Shown: positions 12,004-23,900 of the stretch, piece by piece
Layout of the letters: each line of letters begins with the position of its first letter
How positions within the stretch are numbered: the stretch's first letter is position 1
From: Takakia lepidozioides
Lineage: Eukaryota > Plantae > Bryophyta
Reading direction: 5' to 3'
Assembly (NCBI GenBank): GCA_030704615.1
Contig: CM060732.1
Coordinates: 28,954,001-29,018,000 of the forward strand
Length of the DNA: 64,000 nucleotides
The notes under the pieces: model-generated
What the model was told of the DNA's origin: nothing
What the model saw: the letters and a program-made list of their open reading frames with translations, nothing else
The model's database searches: none
Program-made: the position numbers and the translations under genes

Positions 12004-12814
12004 TTAACTCTTTTTGTGTCTCCACATTTAGAGAAGTCGAGAGTCTAGTCCTTGCCCGCCCGGGCAACTTGGATCGAAGGGGTGCTCGGCTCCGAGGGGA
12101 ATCCCAACCCTTGGATACTTCCGAGGCTTTTTTTTTCCGAAGCACGGGCGTATAGAGCCTTCCGTTTGACGCCATCTTAGCCACGCTTACAATGGGGAAG
12201 CGGCGTTGGGGGTATATGGTAATCGTGTCGGGCAAGCTAATTTAGCCCCGACTACACGGTTCCCCCTGTCGTACGCCCGATGGTCGGAGAGAAGGGATTT
12301 GGTTGATCCTCCCTCGAGTTCATCTCGAGCGATCAGAGGACTATGGGCATGCGCAAGCCTCTGCCGACCTAACCTTCTCGTCGATGACCTTATGCGGTAA
12401 TCCCTCCATTCTTCCTTAGAGGTACGAACCTCTTTTTGAAGGTGGGGCATATAAGTTTTCCAACTAGGGGTTGAGACTTGACCCTATGTTTGTGAGTGCC
12501 TTGAGCGCATGCTTGCCCATAGTGAGCAAGATTTTTGTCGCTAAACAAGGAGAAGCAAACATAAAAAAGCTTACGGTTGGAACGAAAGTGCCTCATTCTT
12601 CAATTAGAGAACCTTATCTCGTGAGGGCGGGAGTCCTTGCATAAGACATAATAGTCTTATTGCATCCCTTTAGGCACGATAGGCGCACTTTGTATGCATT
12701 TGTCTTGGTTTCCATTGCATTTGTATTTGGGTCCGAACCGGCCCCCCTTAATTTTTACTGTGTCTTTTTCCAGTATTTTTCTACTTTTTGTTACCTTTGC
12801 AAGCCTTTGCTACC

Positions 12815-12840
12815 AACCCTAAACCCTAAACCCTAAACCC
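12815..12840 (+). repeat. (CCCTAAA)n telomeric tract joining the family A 3' end to a broken family B RT
   Basis: AACCCTAAACCCTAAACCCTAAACCC followed by CTTGGGGC, which matches 16768 onward. Confidence 0.95.
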
Positions 12841-13722
12841 CTTGGGGCTTGAGCGCCAAAAAGTCCCTTGTCTGCCTGTCAATCAATCCAAACAAGAGAG
12901 CGGAAGCGAGCAATGCATCCAAACCATATGTGAGATTGTCAAATGGGATCTCTGCCACGGATTCGTAAACTTGTCCATCGTGGAGTTGGCGGTGAGCCTC
13001 ATCCACATACCAGTCCTTCCGCATGATCACCAACCCAAGATTTTTGTCTGCTGGCTTGATGACGATGGACTCATCTCTGCTCAGACAGCGTATCGCAGTC
13101 TTGAGGTGACCTCGAATAGAAGACCTGTAGGCAGAGCGAGCCACCTCCCTTAACCGAGTCTCTACAATGTTGCGACCCTCGATGATAATGCTTTCCAGAG
13201 CAGGAAGTCGCACACACTGATCCCAAGAAGGTTGAGGAACTCTGAAAGGAGGAATGGGTCTATCTCTAGCATCCTGAAGTGATATCGAAGACGTAAAGAT
13301 CGAGCCAAAGAGTCATAAGCATCAAGAATAGAAGAGGGAGAAGGAGGAGTAGGATGAGGAATAAAACTCAAACCTAGGCCTAAAAGCTTCTTTTCAAAAC
13401 AAGAGAGTGGACGATTGGCCATGTTGTGGATGGCCACGTTGGTTAACCTGTTCTCTGCCTGAGAGACTCTCTTGCAAGAAAAAAGATAAAGCTTATAGCC
13501 TTCTACATCCCTCAACGGCCACCAGAAGAGCTTGCGAGCTCTCTTCGGCTTGGATCTGCCCATGTGACCTTCTTCTTGAGCTTCTGTTGTTGGTTTTGCC
13601 CCAACTTTTGTTGTCCAGAACCAGAACGGGTCTGAGAACGTAGGGCGGATTTGCTCGGAGAAGATGAACGCGATGCAGCGAAACGGGTGCGAGCAGTCCC
13701 ATTCCGCTGTTGGCCATTTCCC
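12841..13722 (-). pseudogene. Family B RT, 3'-truncated copy
   Basis: Same sequence as 16768-17650 (IKPADKNLGLV); cut at the telomeric tract. Confidence 0.85.
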
Positions 13723-14707
13723 TGCTGCTTTGAAGAGTTTGCCTTGGAGGAAGTTACCTTGGCATTTGCTGAAGTGCCTCGGCCGGTAGGTTGAGTCTTG
13801 GAGACTCGTCGAGCAGGTGAGCGGCCACGCTGTTGTCGCCTCTTGTGGTTAGGAGAGGAAGAACGCGCTCGTTGATGTTGCTTAGGGCGAGTAGGAGAGA
13901 GAGAAGTTTCTTTCGTGAGTGGGAAAGTTGTTTCTGCACCTCTTTCCTTACTAGCTCGGCAATGGTAGGCTCAGTAGGAAGAACATCAGCATCTGCCATG
14001 GCCTGATCTCTAGCTTGGTTCCTTTCATGTAACGCCTTATCCCTCACTGCAGTACCGAGGTTGTGGTTGGCGCGAAAGCAAGAAATTCCGGCATACCAGG
14101 CTGTAGTGGCTTGAGTGCACACAAAGTCAAGCTCATCAAAGAGCCAAGAAGAATCCTGAATCTGGTCAGTGCAAGAAGATACATCCACATGCAAGTTGAT
14201 CTCCCTGAGTCGAGCAATGAAAACATCAGAGGATTTGCTCAAAACAGCTTCAGCTTCTTGTACCAGATCGGAATGAGCTTGAATAAAAGCTGTTTGCAAA
14301 GCTGAATGGTAAGCAACAGTGGCTGCTAGGACAGTAGCATCCAAAGACGTCTGGACAGAGGCAGAAGAGATGACCAACTTCGGACAAGCAACTCTACAAG
14401 CATGAGGAATTTCACCGGCAGCTTTTTGAGATCTGAGTTTGTCGGAAGTTGCCTTGAGACGTTGAAGTCTCTTGAAATCCTTCTTGTACTGCGCCAGAGA
14501 GTTGTCCAACAACTTGCGAATAGCATCCACAAAGTCTGGAGAATGATCATTCTGGTTGAAAAAGATCCCAACTTGCGGCCTTGGAGTAGGAGATAAATCC
14601 CTTGGAGGCGAATAAGACGGTAGATCTTCTGCAGGAGCACCATCACTATTCATCTCTATCCTAGGACGCTTGGAAGAAGAAGGTTCAGAAGTTGCAGCTA
14701 ACATCAT
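13512..14707 (-). CDS. Family B ORF1, coiled-coil protein with basic S/R/Q-rich tail (left copy; 1-bp indel)
   Basis: ORF 13754-14707. Comparison with the right copy shows reciprocal single-base indels, giving a consensus of about 398 aa. Confidence 0.7.
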
Positions 14708-15249
14708 AACAAATGTTTAGGGTCTACAAAAGAGTGGAAACAAATACATGTAGCAGTGCAACAGAGTTCGAACCGCGAATGCACCGGGTGCATTAGTAGC
14801 AAAGTGCAAACAAGTTTTTAGGGGGCCAGTTATGGACACCTTAGAAAGCTTGTAGAAATATCTAGCCTGTGAATCAAAACTAAAAGAATCGATCCTGAGA
14901 CACAAAACTAGAATAGAACAGAGTGGGAGTGATGTTGCAACGTTCTAAAGTGCAAATGCAAGTATATGCAAGAGGCAAGTATGTGTGATGAAACTAATTC
15001 ACTGTAAGGACAGGAGAATAGTAACCTATCTCTGAGAAAGAGAATAGACACACTAAAGAGCAGTCTTAGAAGGAGATCTAACATGTAACACTCGAAAAGG
15101 AGTTTAAAACATGCACTACAATAGACACAAAGCAAATGAATGCAATGAACTATGCAGAAGATCAAATCTAAAACTCAACAACAACAACAACGCCGCCAAT
15201 GAGACAAAGAGACAAGAACACAAGATGCAGCAAAGCGAATCTCTATAAT

Positions 15250-15291
15250 CCCCAAACTAGTTTCGCTCAGCGCGTGAGCTCATCAGTGGGA
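15250..15291 (-). ncRNA. Minimal type I hammerhead ribozyme, family B
   Basis: TCCCA-CTGATGA-GCTCA(CGCGC)TGAGC-GAAA-CTAGTT-TGGGG on minus; palindromic stem III ACTAGT. Confidence 0.88.
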
Positions 15292-15586
15292 AAGAGAAGG
15301 AAAAGAGATACAATGTGCACCCCTCACCCCGCTTATATACTGCGGAAAGTGAACTTGTCTCGGGGGGGAGAGAAAATACCTAATGGATGGAAAACATCCA
15401 AAATTGTCTTGGCTGGAGAGATCGTCCAACACATGAAAACTTAGATGAAAAACATCCAAAGTTTTCTCGGCAGGGGAGAAATATCCAACGCATGAAAATC
15501 TAGATGAAAAACATCCTAATGTTCTCTCCAAAATGGATAATCATCCAAACTAGAAGCTAACTGCATGTCTCAAATACAACTAGCCT

Positions 15587-17650
15587 CTAGGTTTGTAACA
15601 TAGCACGAACTAGATAGGAACGCAAGTTCCGTGCCCTCTTCCAACATACCATAGGTCTGTCAAAGACGCTAACTGCGGAACTTTCAAAAAGCCCTCATGA
15701 AGTTTAGGGTTTAGGACTCCCTCAAAGCTTAGAGCTTGAGTATAACGCGAATGCTCAAGTTTCAAAACCAAGGGGGCCCGCTTGCCCGTCAACTTACGAG
15801 TGGACTCTGAAGTCAACAGTGTAGCACGTTGTGCATAGTCACAAAGCACAAAACACTCCAAGATAAAAGACTTTGGATAGCCTCGAGCACGCATCGCTCA
15901 TAGAACAGTTGCCTGATCTCAGAAAAACCTGCCCGTGTGCTCTCCCTCAAAGTGTAACGTCGTAATTCGCCAATGATGAATGCTCGTTTTTGGTGTCGTG
16001 GATGACACGAGGTCCATGGCAAATACTGGTATCTGTTGAGTGCCTTTTGATGACATCTCGAAGATAAAATCCCATGGTTGACAAAATCAGCTCCCTTGAA
16101 GAACTTAATATCAAGAATGTCAACCGTAGACTCAGAGATTACCCTTTGAATCCGAATTGTGGGACTAAGAGAGTTGTATCCATCGAGCCAAGCCTCCAAA
16201 CTTGCCCGAGATCCTGCCCAAATTCCAAATCCATCATCGATGTATCTCTTGTAGTATAGAGGCCACATGCCTCCTCCAGCACCAGCCAACTCTCTTTCTA
16301 AGCTGCAAAGAAAGAGACAAGCATAAACAACAGCAAAGTTGCTACCCATTGCCGTGCCTCGGATCTGATGCCAATAGCTGGAGCCAAATTGAAGATAGTT
16401 ATTCTCCAACACCATGCGAGAAAGACTCAGGACGAATCTTTCAAACCGAGGTGACTTGAGCTTGCCGGCAATCATCTCCTTCAATCGTCGAAGCCCGTCC
16501 CAGTAGGAATGCTAGGATACAATGACTCCACATCAAAGGTGAACAAAAGCACGTCACCAGGAAGTTGCCTATCCGACAGATCTTTCAACAAAGATATAGA
16601 ATCTACCAAATGGTTATCTTCCTCGAGCAGAATGGGAAACAGATGGTGATGCAACCACTTGGATGCGTGCTCAAAAACATATCCGTTGTATGAACAAATC
16701 GGCCTCCCAACCACCACGGGCTTGTGCATTTTGGGCACGAGATAAAACATGCAGGGTCGGTAGCCCCCTTGGGGCTTGAGCGCCAAAAAGTCCCTTGTCT
16801 GCCTGTCAATCAATCCAAACAAGAGAGCGGAAGCGAGCAATGCATCCAAACCATATGTGAGATTGTCAAATGGGATCTCTGCCACGGATTCGTAAACTTG
16901 TCCATCGTGGAGTTGGCGGTGAGCCTCATCCACATACCAGTCCTTCCGCATGATCACCAACCCAAGATTTTTGTCTGCTGGCTTGATGACGATGGACTCA
17001 TCTCTGCTCAGACAGCGTATCGCAGTCTTGAGGTGACCTCGAATAGAAGACCTGTAGGCAGAGCGAGCCACCTCCCTTAACCGAGTCTCTACAATGTTGC
17101 GACCCTCGATGATAATGCTTTCCAGAGCAGGAAGTCGCACACACTGATCCCAAGAAGGTTGAGGAACTCTGAAAGGAGGAATGGGTCTATCTCTAGCATC
17201 CCTGAAGTGATATCGAAGACGTAAAGATCGAGCCAAAGAGTCATAAGCATCAAGAATAGAAGAGGGAGAAGGAGGAGTAGGATGAGGAATAAAACTCAAA
17301 CCTAGGCCTAAAAGCTTCTTTTCAAAACAAGAGAGTGGACGATTGGCCATGTTGTGGATGGCCACGTTGGTTAACCTGTTCTCTGCCTGAGAGACTCTCT
17401 TGCAAGAAAAAAGATAAAGCTTATAGCCTTCTACATCCCTCAACGGCCACCAGAAGAGCTTGCGAGCTCTCTTCGGCTTGGATCTGCCCATGTGACCTTC
17501 TTCTTGAGCTTCTGTTGTTGGTTTTGCCCCAACTTTTGTTGTCCAGAACCAGAACGGGTCTGAGAACGTAGGGCGGATTTGCTCGGAGAAGATGAACGCG
17601 ATGCAGCGAAACGGGTGCGAGCAGTCCCATTCCGCTGTTGGCCATTTCCC
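15587..17650 (-). CDS. Family B ORF2: PLE reverse transcriptase without endonuclease (three 1-bp frameshifts, likely sequence errors)
   Basis: IKPADKNLG, YLVPKMHK, FDVESLYPSI, QIRGTAMGSNFAVVYA, YKRYIDDGF, HPRHQKRAF. The intact C-terminus is seen at 19515-19864 (LVRAMLQT-stop). Confidence 0.88.
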
Positions 17651-18635
17651 TGCTGCTTTGAAGAGTTTGCCTTGGAGGAAGTTACCTTGGCATTTGCTGA
17701 AGTGCCTCGGCGGTAGGTTGAGTCTTGGAGACTCGTCGAGCAGGTGAGCGGCCACGCTGTTGTCGCCTCTTGTGGTTAGGAGAGGAAGAACGCGCTCGTT
17801 GATGTTGCTTAGGGCGAGTAGGAGAGAGAGAAGTTTTCTTTCGTGAGTGGGAAAGTTGTTTCTGCACCTCTTTCCTTACTAGCTCGGCAATGGTAGGCTC
17901 AGTAGGAAGAACATCAGCATCTGCCATGGCCTGATCTCTAGCTTGGTTCCTTTCATGTAACGCCTTATCCCTCACTGCAGTACCGAGGTTGTGGTTGGCG
18001 CGAAAGCAAGAAATTCCGGCATACCAGGCTGTAGTGGCTTGAGTGCACACAAAGTCAAGCTCATCAAAGAGCCAAGAAGAATCCTGAATCTGGTCAGTGC
18101 AAGAAGATACATCCACATGCAAGTTGATCTCCCTGAGTCGAGCAATGAAAACATCAGAGGATTTGCTCAAAACAGCTTCAGCTTCTTGTACCAGATCGGA
18201 ATGAGCTTGAATAAAAGCTGTTTGCAAAGCTGAATGGTAAGCAACAGTGGCTGCTAGGACAGTAGCATCCAAAGACGTCTGGACAGAGGCAGAAGAGATG
18301 ACCAACTTCGGACAAGCAACTCTACAAGCATGAGGAATTTCACCGGCAGCTTTTTGAGATCTGAGTTTGTCGGAAGTTGCCTTGAGACGTTGAAGTCTCT
18401 TGAAATCCTTCTTGTACTGCGCCAGAGAGTTGTCCAACAACTTGCGAATAGCATCCACAAAGTCTGGAGAATGATCATTCTGGTTGAAAAAGATCCCAAC
18501 TTGCGGCCTTGGAGTAGGAGATAAATCCCTTGGAGGCGAATAAGACGGTAGATCTTCTGCAGGAGCACCATCACTATTCATCTCTATCCTAGGACGCTTG
18601 GAAGAAGAAGGTTCAGAAGTTGCAGCTAACATCAT
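17440..18635 (-). CDS. Family B ORF1, coiled-coil protein (right copy; 1-bp indel)
   Basis: ORF 17682-18635 has heptad-like segments (DAIRKLLDNSLAQYKKDFKRLQRLK; IAELVRKEVQKQL). Restoring the C present in the left copy extends it to TGA at 17440. Confidence 0.75.
17580..17650 (-). promoter_or_regulatory. Predicted -1 ribosomal frameshift signal (slippery heptamer plus pseudoknot); second copy at 13652-13722
   Basis: G GGA AAT in ORF1 phase, 6-nt spacer, 12-bp stem CAGCGGAATGGG/CCCGTTTCGCTG, and loop TGCTCG complementary to downstream CGAGCA. Confidence 0.72.
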
Positions 18636-19177
18636 AACAAATGTTTAGGGTCTACAAAAGAGTGGAAACAAATACATGTAGCAGTGCAACAGAGTTCGAA
18701 CCGCGAATGCACCGGTGCATTAGTAGCAAAGTGCAAACAAGTTTTTAGGGGGGCCAGTTATGGACACCTTAGAAAGCTTGTAGAAATATCTAGCCTGTGA
18801 ATCAAAACTAAAAGAATCGATCCTGAGACACAAAACTAGAATAGAACAGAGTGGGAGTGATGTTGCAACGTTCTAAAGTGCAAATGCAAGTATATGCAAG
18901 AGGCAAGTATGTGTGATGAAACTAATTCACTGTAAGGACAGGAGAATAGTAACCTATCTCTGAGAAAGAGAATAGACACACTAAAGAGCAGTCTTAGAAG
19001 GAGATCTAACATGTAACACTCGAAAAGGAGTTTAAAACATGCACTACAATAGACACAAAGCAAATGAATGCAATGAACTATGCAGAAGATCAAATCTAAA
19101 ACTCAACAACAACAACAACGCCGCCAATGAGACAAAGAGACAAGAACACAAGATGCAGCAAAGCGAATCTCTATAAT

Positions 19178-19219
19178 CCCCAAACTAGTTTCGCTCAGCG
19201 CGTGAGCTCATCAGTGGGA
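19178..19219 (-). ncRNA. Minimal type I hammerhead ribozyme, family B
   Basis: Identical to 15250-15291. Confidence 0.88.
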
Positions 19220-19861
19220 AAGAGAAGGAAAAGAGATACAATGTGCACCCCTCACCCCGCTTATATACTGCGGAAAGTGAACTTGTCTCGGGGGGGAGAG
19301 AAAATACCTAATGGATGGAAAACATCCAAAATTGTCTTGGCTGGAGAGATCGTCCAACACATGAAAACTTAGATGAAAAACATCCAAAGTTTTCTCGGCA
19401 GGGGAGAAATATCCAACGCATGAAAATCTAGATGAAAAACATCCTAATGTTCTCTCCAAAATGGATAATCATCCAAACTAGAAGCTAACTGCATGTCTCA
19501 AATACAACTAGCCTCTAGGTTTGTAACATAGCACGAACTAGATAGGAACGCAAGTTCCGTGCCCTCTTCCAACATACCATAGGTCTGTCAAAAGACGCTA
19601 ACTGCGGAACTTTCAAAAAGCCCTCATGAAGTTTAGGGTTTAGGACTCCCTCAAAGCTTAGAGCTTGAGTATAACGCGAATGCTCAAGTTTCAAAACCAA
19701 GGGGGCCCGCTTGCCCGTCAACTTACGAGTGGACTCTGAAGTCAACAGTGTAGCACGTTGTGCATAGTCACAAAGCACAAAACACTCCAAGATAAAAGAC
19801 TTTGGATAGCCTCGAGCACGCAATCGCTCATAGAACAGTTGCCTGATCTCAGAAAAACCTG

Positions 19862-19909
19862 CCCTCACAAGTTTAGGGTTTAGGGTTTAGGGTTTAGGGT
19901 TTAGGGTTT
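19862..19909 (+). repeat. CCCTCACAAG linker plus (TTTAGGG)5 capping the 5'-truncated family B copy
   Basis: Read directly from the sequence. Confidence 0.95.
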
Positions 19910-20895
19910 GTATCCCCTGCTTTAGATCATTGCATTGTTATGTGCTCTGTGTCTATACGGCATGCCATAAACTCCCTCTCGAGTAGTGCATGGGAGATCT
20001 GCATCTAAGTTGTTCCTAGTGTGTCCATTCTCTTGCAAAACAGAGATAGGGTTCTTATTCTCCTGTGCATCCAGTGAAATAGTTCTCATACGCACATTTG
20101 CCTCTTGCATAGGTTTGCAGTTGCATTTCAGGACACCTCGCATACTTCTATTCTAGTTTCCTGTCTCTCAGGATCTCTCCTTTCAGGTTTGATTCACAGG
20201 ATCTGAAATTTTTCCAGGGGTGCATAACTGGCCCCCCTAAAACTTGTTTGCCCGGATCGTGTTTATCTTGCACCCGGTGCATCCGCGTTGTACTGCTACA
20301 CTTGTTTTGATGCTTTATGTGAACCCTAAACTTTCTTATAGTGTTAGCTGCAACACATCTTTAATCGCCTTCACGTAATGGAGGCAGATGTTGATCTTCA
20401 TTCTTTTGACCAAGCTGCTCATTCATGTGATGAGGCAACAATACGAAGACCGAGCCGTGTTTCTTCTTGGAGGTCGGAAGGTGGGGATCGTGGTTGGTCA
20501 CGTTCAGGACAACACAGCTGCAGGCTTTAGCAAGACGATGGTTGCGCGATGGTCTGCGTGTGCAAAGCTCTTACGAGTTGTGCGTTCCTTTCGAAGTGGT
20601 TTCAGCCCTTACGACTTTGCACAACATGCTCTAACTTCAGCATAATTGGTTGTTGCATAGTCATAACTCACGGAGTTAGTTGTATTTGAGAGATATGCAA
20701 TTGACTATTTGGATGATTTTTATTCTTTGGATCTAGTTCTCTCTTGTCGAGAACTTGTTTTCATCCACTGGATGACTTTCTCCCACCGAGACTTTTTGGA
20801 CTATTCTCTCCGTACGAGACGTCTGTTGGATGGTTTTTCTCCTCACGAGACATCCACTGGAAGATTGTCCACACGAGGCAGTTCACTCCTAGTAG

Positions 20896-20925
20896 TATAT
20901 AAGCGGGGGGTGGGGTTTGTATCTC
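20896..20925 (+). promoter_or_regulatory. TATATAAG and putative start ATCTC of unit C (repeated in each unit)
   Basis: Same arrangement as families A and B, directly upstream of the hammerhead. Confidence 0.55.
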
Positions 20926-20937
20926 ATTCCTTTTCTT

Positions 20938-20979
20938 TCCCACTGATGAGCTCACGCGCTGAGCGAAACTAGTCTGGGG
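20938..20979 (+). ncRNA. Minimal type I hammerhead ribozyme, family C (representative of 19 copies)
   Basis: TCCCA-CTGATGA-GCTCA(CGCGC)TGAGC-GAAA-CTAGTC-TGGGG; canonical GUC triplet, predicted cleavage after 20974. Confidence 0.92.
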
Positions 20980-23900
20980 TCTATAAAGATTTGGCTTCAC
21001 TACTTTGCATGATCTTGCCTCGTGGTCTCACCCTTTGAAGTTGTCGAGTTTTAGATGCGTTTGTATCCCCTGCTTTAGATCATTGCATTGTTATGTGCTC
21101 TGTGTCTATACGGCATGCCATAAACTCCCTCTCGAGTAGTGCATGGGAGATCTGCATCTAAGTTGTTCCTAGTGTGTCCATTCTCTTGCAAAACAGAGAT
21201 AGGGTTCTTATTCTCCTGTGCATCCAGTGAAATAGTTCTCATACGCACATTTGCCTCTTGCATAGGTTTGCAGTTGCATTTCAGGACACCTCGCATACTT
21301 CTATTCTAGTTTCCTGTCTCTCAGGATCTCTCCTTTCAGGTTTGATTCACAGGATCTGAAATTTTCCAGGGGTGCATAACTGGCCCCCCTAAAACTTGTT
21401 TGCCCGGATCGTGTTTATCTTGCACCCGGTGCATCCGCGTTGTACTGCTACACTTGTTTTGACGCTTTATGTGAACCCTAAACTTTCTTACAGTGTTAGC
21501 TGCAACACATCTTTAATCGCCTTCACGTAATGGAGGCAGATGTTGATCTTCATTCTTTTGACCAAGCTGCTCATTCATGTGATGAGGCAACAATACGAAG
21601 ACCGAGCCGTGTTTCGTCTTGGAGGTCGGAAGGTGGGGATCGTGGTTGGACACGTTCAGGACAAACACAGCTGCAGGCTTTAGCAAGACGATGGTTGCGC
21701 GATGGTCTGCGTGTGCAAAGCTCTTACGAGTTGTGCGTTCCTTTCGAAGTGGTTTCAGCCCTTACGACTTTGCACAACATGCTCTAACTTCAGCATAATT
21801 GGTTGTTGCATAGTCATAAACTCACGGAGTTAGTTGTATTTGAGAGATATGCAATTGACTATTTGGATGATTTTTATTCTTTGGATCTAGTTCTCTCTTG
21901 TCGAGAACTTGTTTTCATCCACTGGATGACTTTCTCCCACCGAGACTTTTGGACTATTCTCTCCGTACGAGACATCTGTTGGATGGTTTTTCTCCGCACG
22001 AGACCTCCACTGGAAGATTGTCCACACGAGGCAGTTCACTCCTAGTAGTATATAAGCGGGGGTGGGGTTTGTATCTCATTCCTTTTCTTTCCCACTGATG
22101 AGCTCACGCGCTGAGCGAAACTAGTCTGGGGTCTATAAAGATTTGGCTTCACTACTTTGCATGATCTTGCCTCGTAGTCTCACCCTTTGAAGTTGTCGAG
22201 TTTTAGATGCGTTTGTATCCCCTGCTTTAGATCATTGCATTGTTATGTGCTCTGTGTCTATACGGCATGCCATAAACTCCCTCTCGAGTAGTGCATGGGA
22301 GATCTGCATCTAAGTTGTTCCTAGTGTGTCCATTCTCTTGCAAAACAGAGATAGGGTTCTTATTCTCCTGTGCATCCAGTGAAATAGTTCTCATACGCAC
22401 ATTTGCCTCTTGCATAGGTTTGCAGTTGCATTTCAGGACACCTCGCATACTTCTATTCTAGTTTCCTGTCTCTCAGGATCTCTCCTTTCAGGTTTGATTC
22501 ACAGGATCTGAAATTTTTCCAGGGGTGCATAACTGGCCCCCCTAAAACTTGTTTGCCCGGATCGTGTTTATCTTGCACCCGGTGCATCCGCGTTGTACTG
22601 CTACACTTGTTTTGACGCTTTATGTGAACCCTAAACTTTCTTACAGTGTTAGCTGCAACACATCTTTAATCGCCTTCACGTAATGGAGGCAGATGTTGAT
22701 CTTCATTCTTTTGACCAAGCTGCTCATTCATGTGATGAGGCAACAATACGAAGACCGAGCCGTGTTTCGTCTTGGAGGTCGGAAGGTGGGGATCGTGGTT
22801 GGACACGTTCAGGACAAACACAGCTGCAGGCTTTAGCAAGACGATGGTTGCGCGATGGTCTGCGTGTGCAAAGCTCTTACGAGTTGTGCGTTCCTTTCGA
22901 AGTGGTTTCAGCCCTTACGACTTTGCACAACATGCTCTAACTTCAGCATAATTGGTTGTTGCATAGTCATAAACTCACGGAGTTAGTTGTATTTGAGAGA
23001 TATGCAATTGACTATTTGGATGATTTTTATTCTTTGGATCTAGTTCTCTCTTGTCGAGAACTTGTTTTCATCCACTGGATGACTTTCTCCCACCGAGACT
23101 TTTTGGACTATTCTCTCCGTACGAGACATCTGTTGGATGGTTTTTCTCCGCACGAGACCTCCACTGGAAGATTGTCCACACGAGGCAGTTCACTCCTAGT
23201 AGTATATAAGCGGGGGGTGGGGTTTGTATCTCATTCCTTTTCTTTCCCACTGATGAGCTCACGCGCTGAGCGAAACTAGTCTGGGGTCTATAAAGATTTG
23301 GCTTCACTACTTTGCATGATCTTGCCTCGTAGTCTCACCCTTTGAAGTTGTCGAGTTTTAGATGCGTTTGTATCCCCTGCTTTAGATCATTGCATTGTTA
23401 TGTGCTCTGTGTCTATACGGCATGCCATAAACTCCCTCTCGAGTAGTGCATGGGAGATCTGCATCTAAGTTGTTCCTAGTGTGTCCATTCTCTTGCAAAA
23501 CAGAGATAGGGTTCTTATTCTCCTGTGCATCCAGTGAAATAGTTCTCATACGCACATTTGCCTCTTGCATAGGTTTGCAGTTGCATTTCAGGACACCTCG
23601 CATACTTCTATTCTAGTTTCCTGTCTCTCAGGATCTCTCCTTTCAGGTTTGATTCACAGGATCTGAAATTTTTCCAGGGGTGCATAACTGGCCCCCCTAA
23701 AACTTGTTTGCCCGGATCGTGTTTATCTTGCACCCGGTGCATCCGCGTTGTACTGCTACACTTGTTTTGACGCTTTATGTGAACCCTAAACTTTCTTACA
23801 GTGTTAGCTGCAACACATCTTTAATCGCCTTCACGTAATGGAGGCAGATGTTGATCTTCATTCTTTTGACCAAGCTGCTCATTCATGTGATGAGGCAACA

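Larger units (their letters stand above)
10053..12840 (+). mobile_element. Endonuclease-lacking Penelope-like element, family A (5' end lost in the gap)
   Basis: PLE-type RT followed by about 1.1 kb of non-coding sequence with TATA and hammerhead, ending in (CCCTAAA)n. Confidence 0.88.
12841..19864 (-). mobile_element. Endonuclease-lacking Penelope-like element, family B, head-to-tail tandem (period 3928 bp)
   Basis: Order on minus: RT C-terminal fragment, pseudo-LTR, ORF1, RT, pseudo-LTR, ORF1, truncated RT. Repeated ORFs are offset by 3928 (13754/17682, 14707/18635). Confidence 0.92.

Noticed and set aside
15587-17650. RT as telomerase TERT or bacterial retron/group II intron RT
   Set aside because: It has PLE signatures (PADK, GTAMGS, YIDD, HP..K) and a tandem pseudo-LTR structure, with no TERT T/CP motifs or intron domains.
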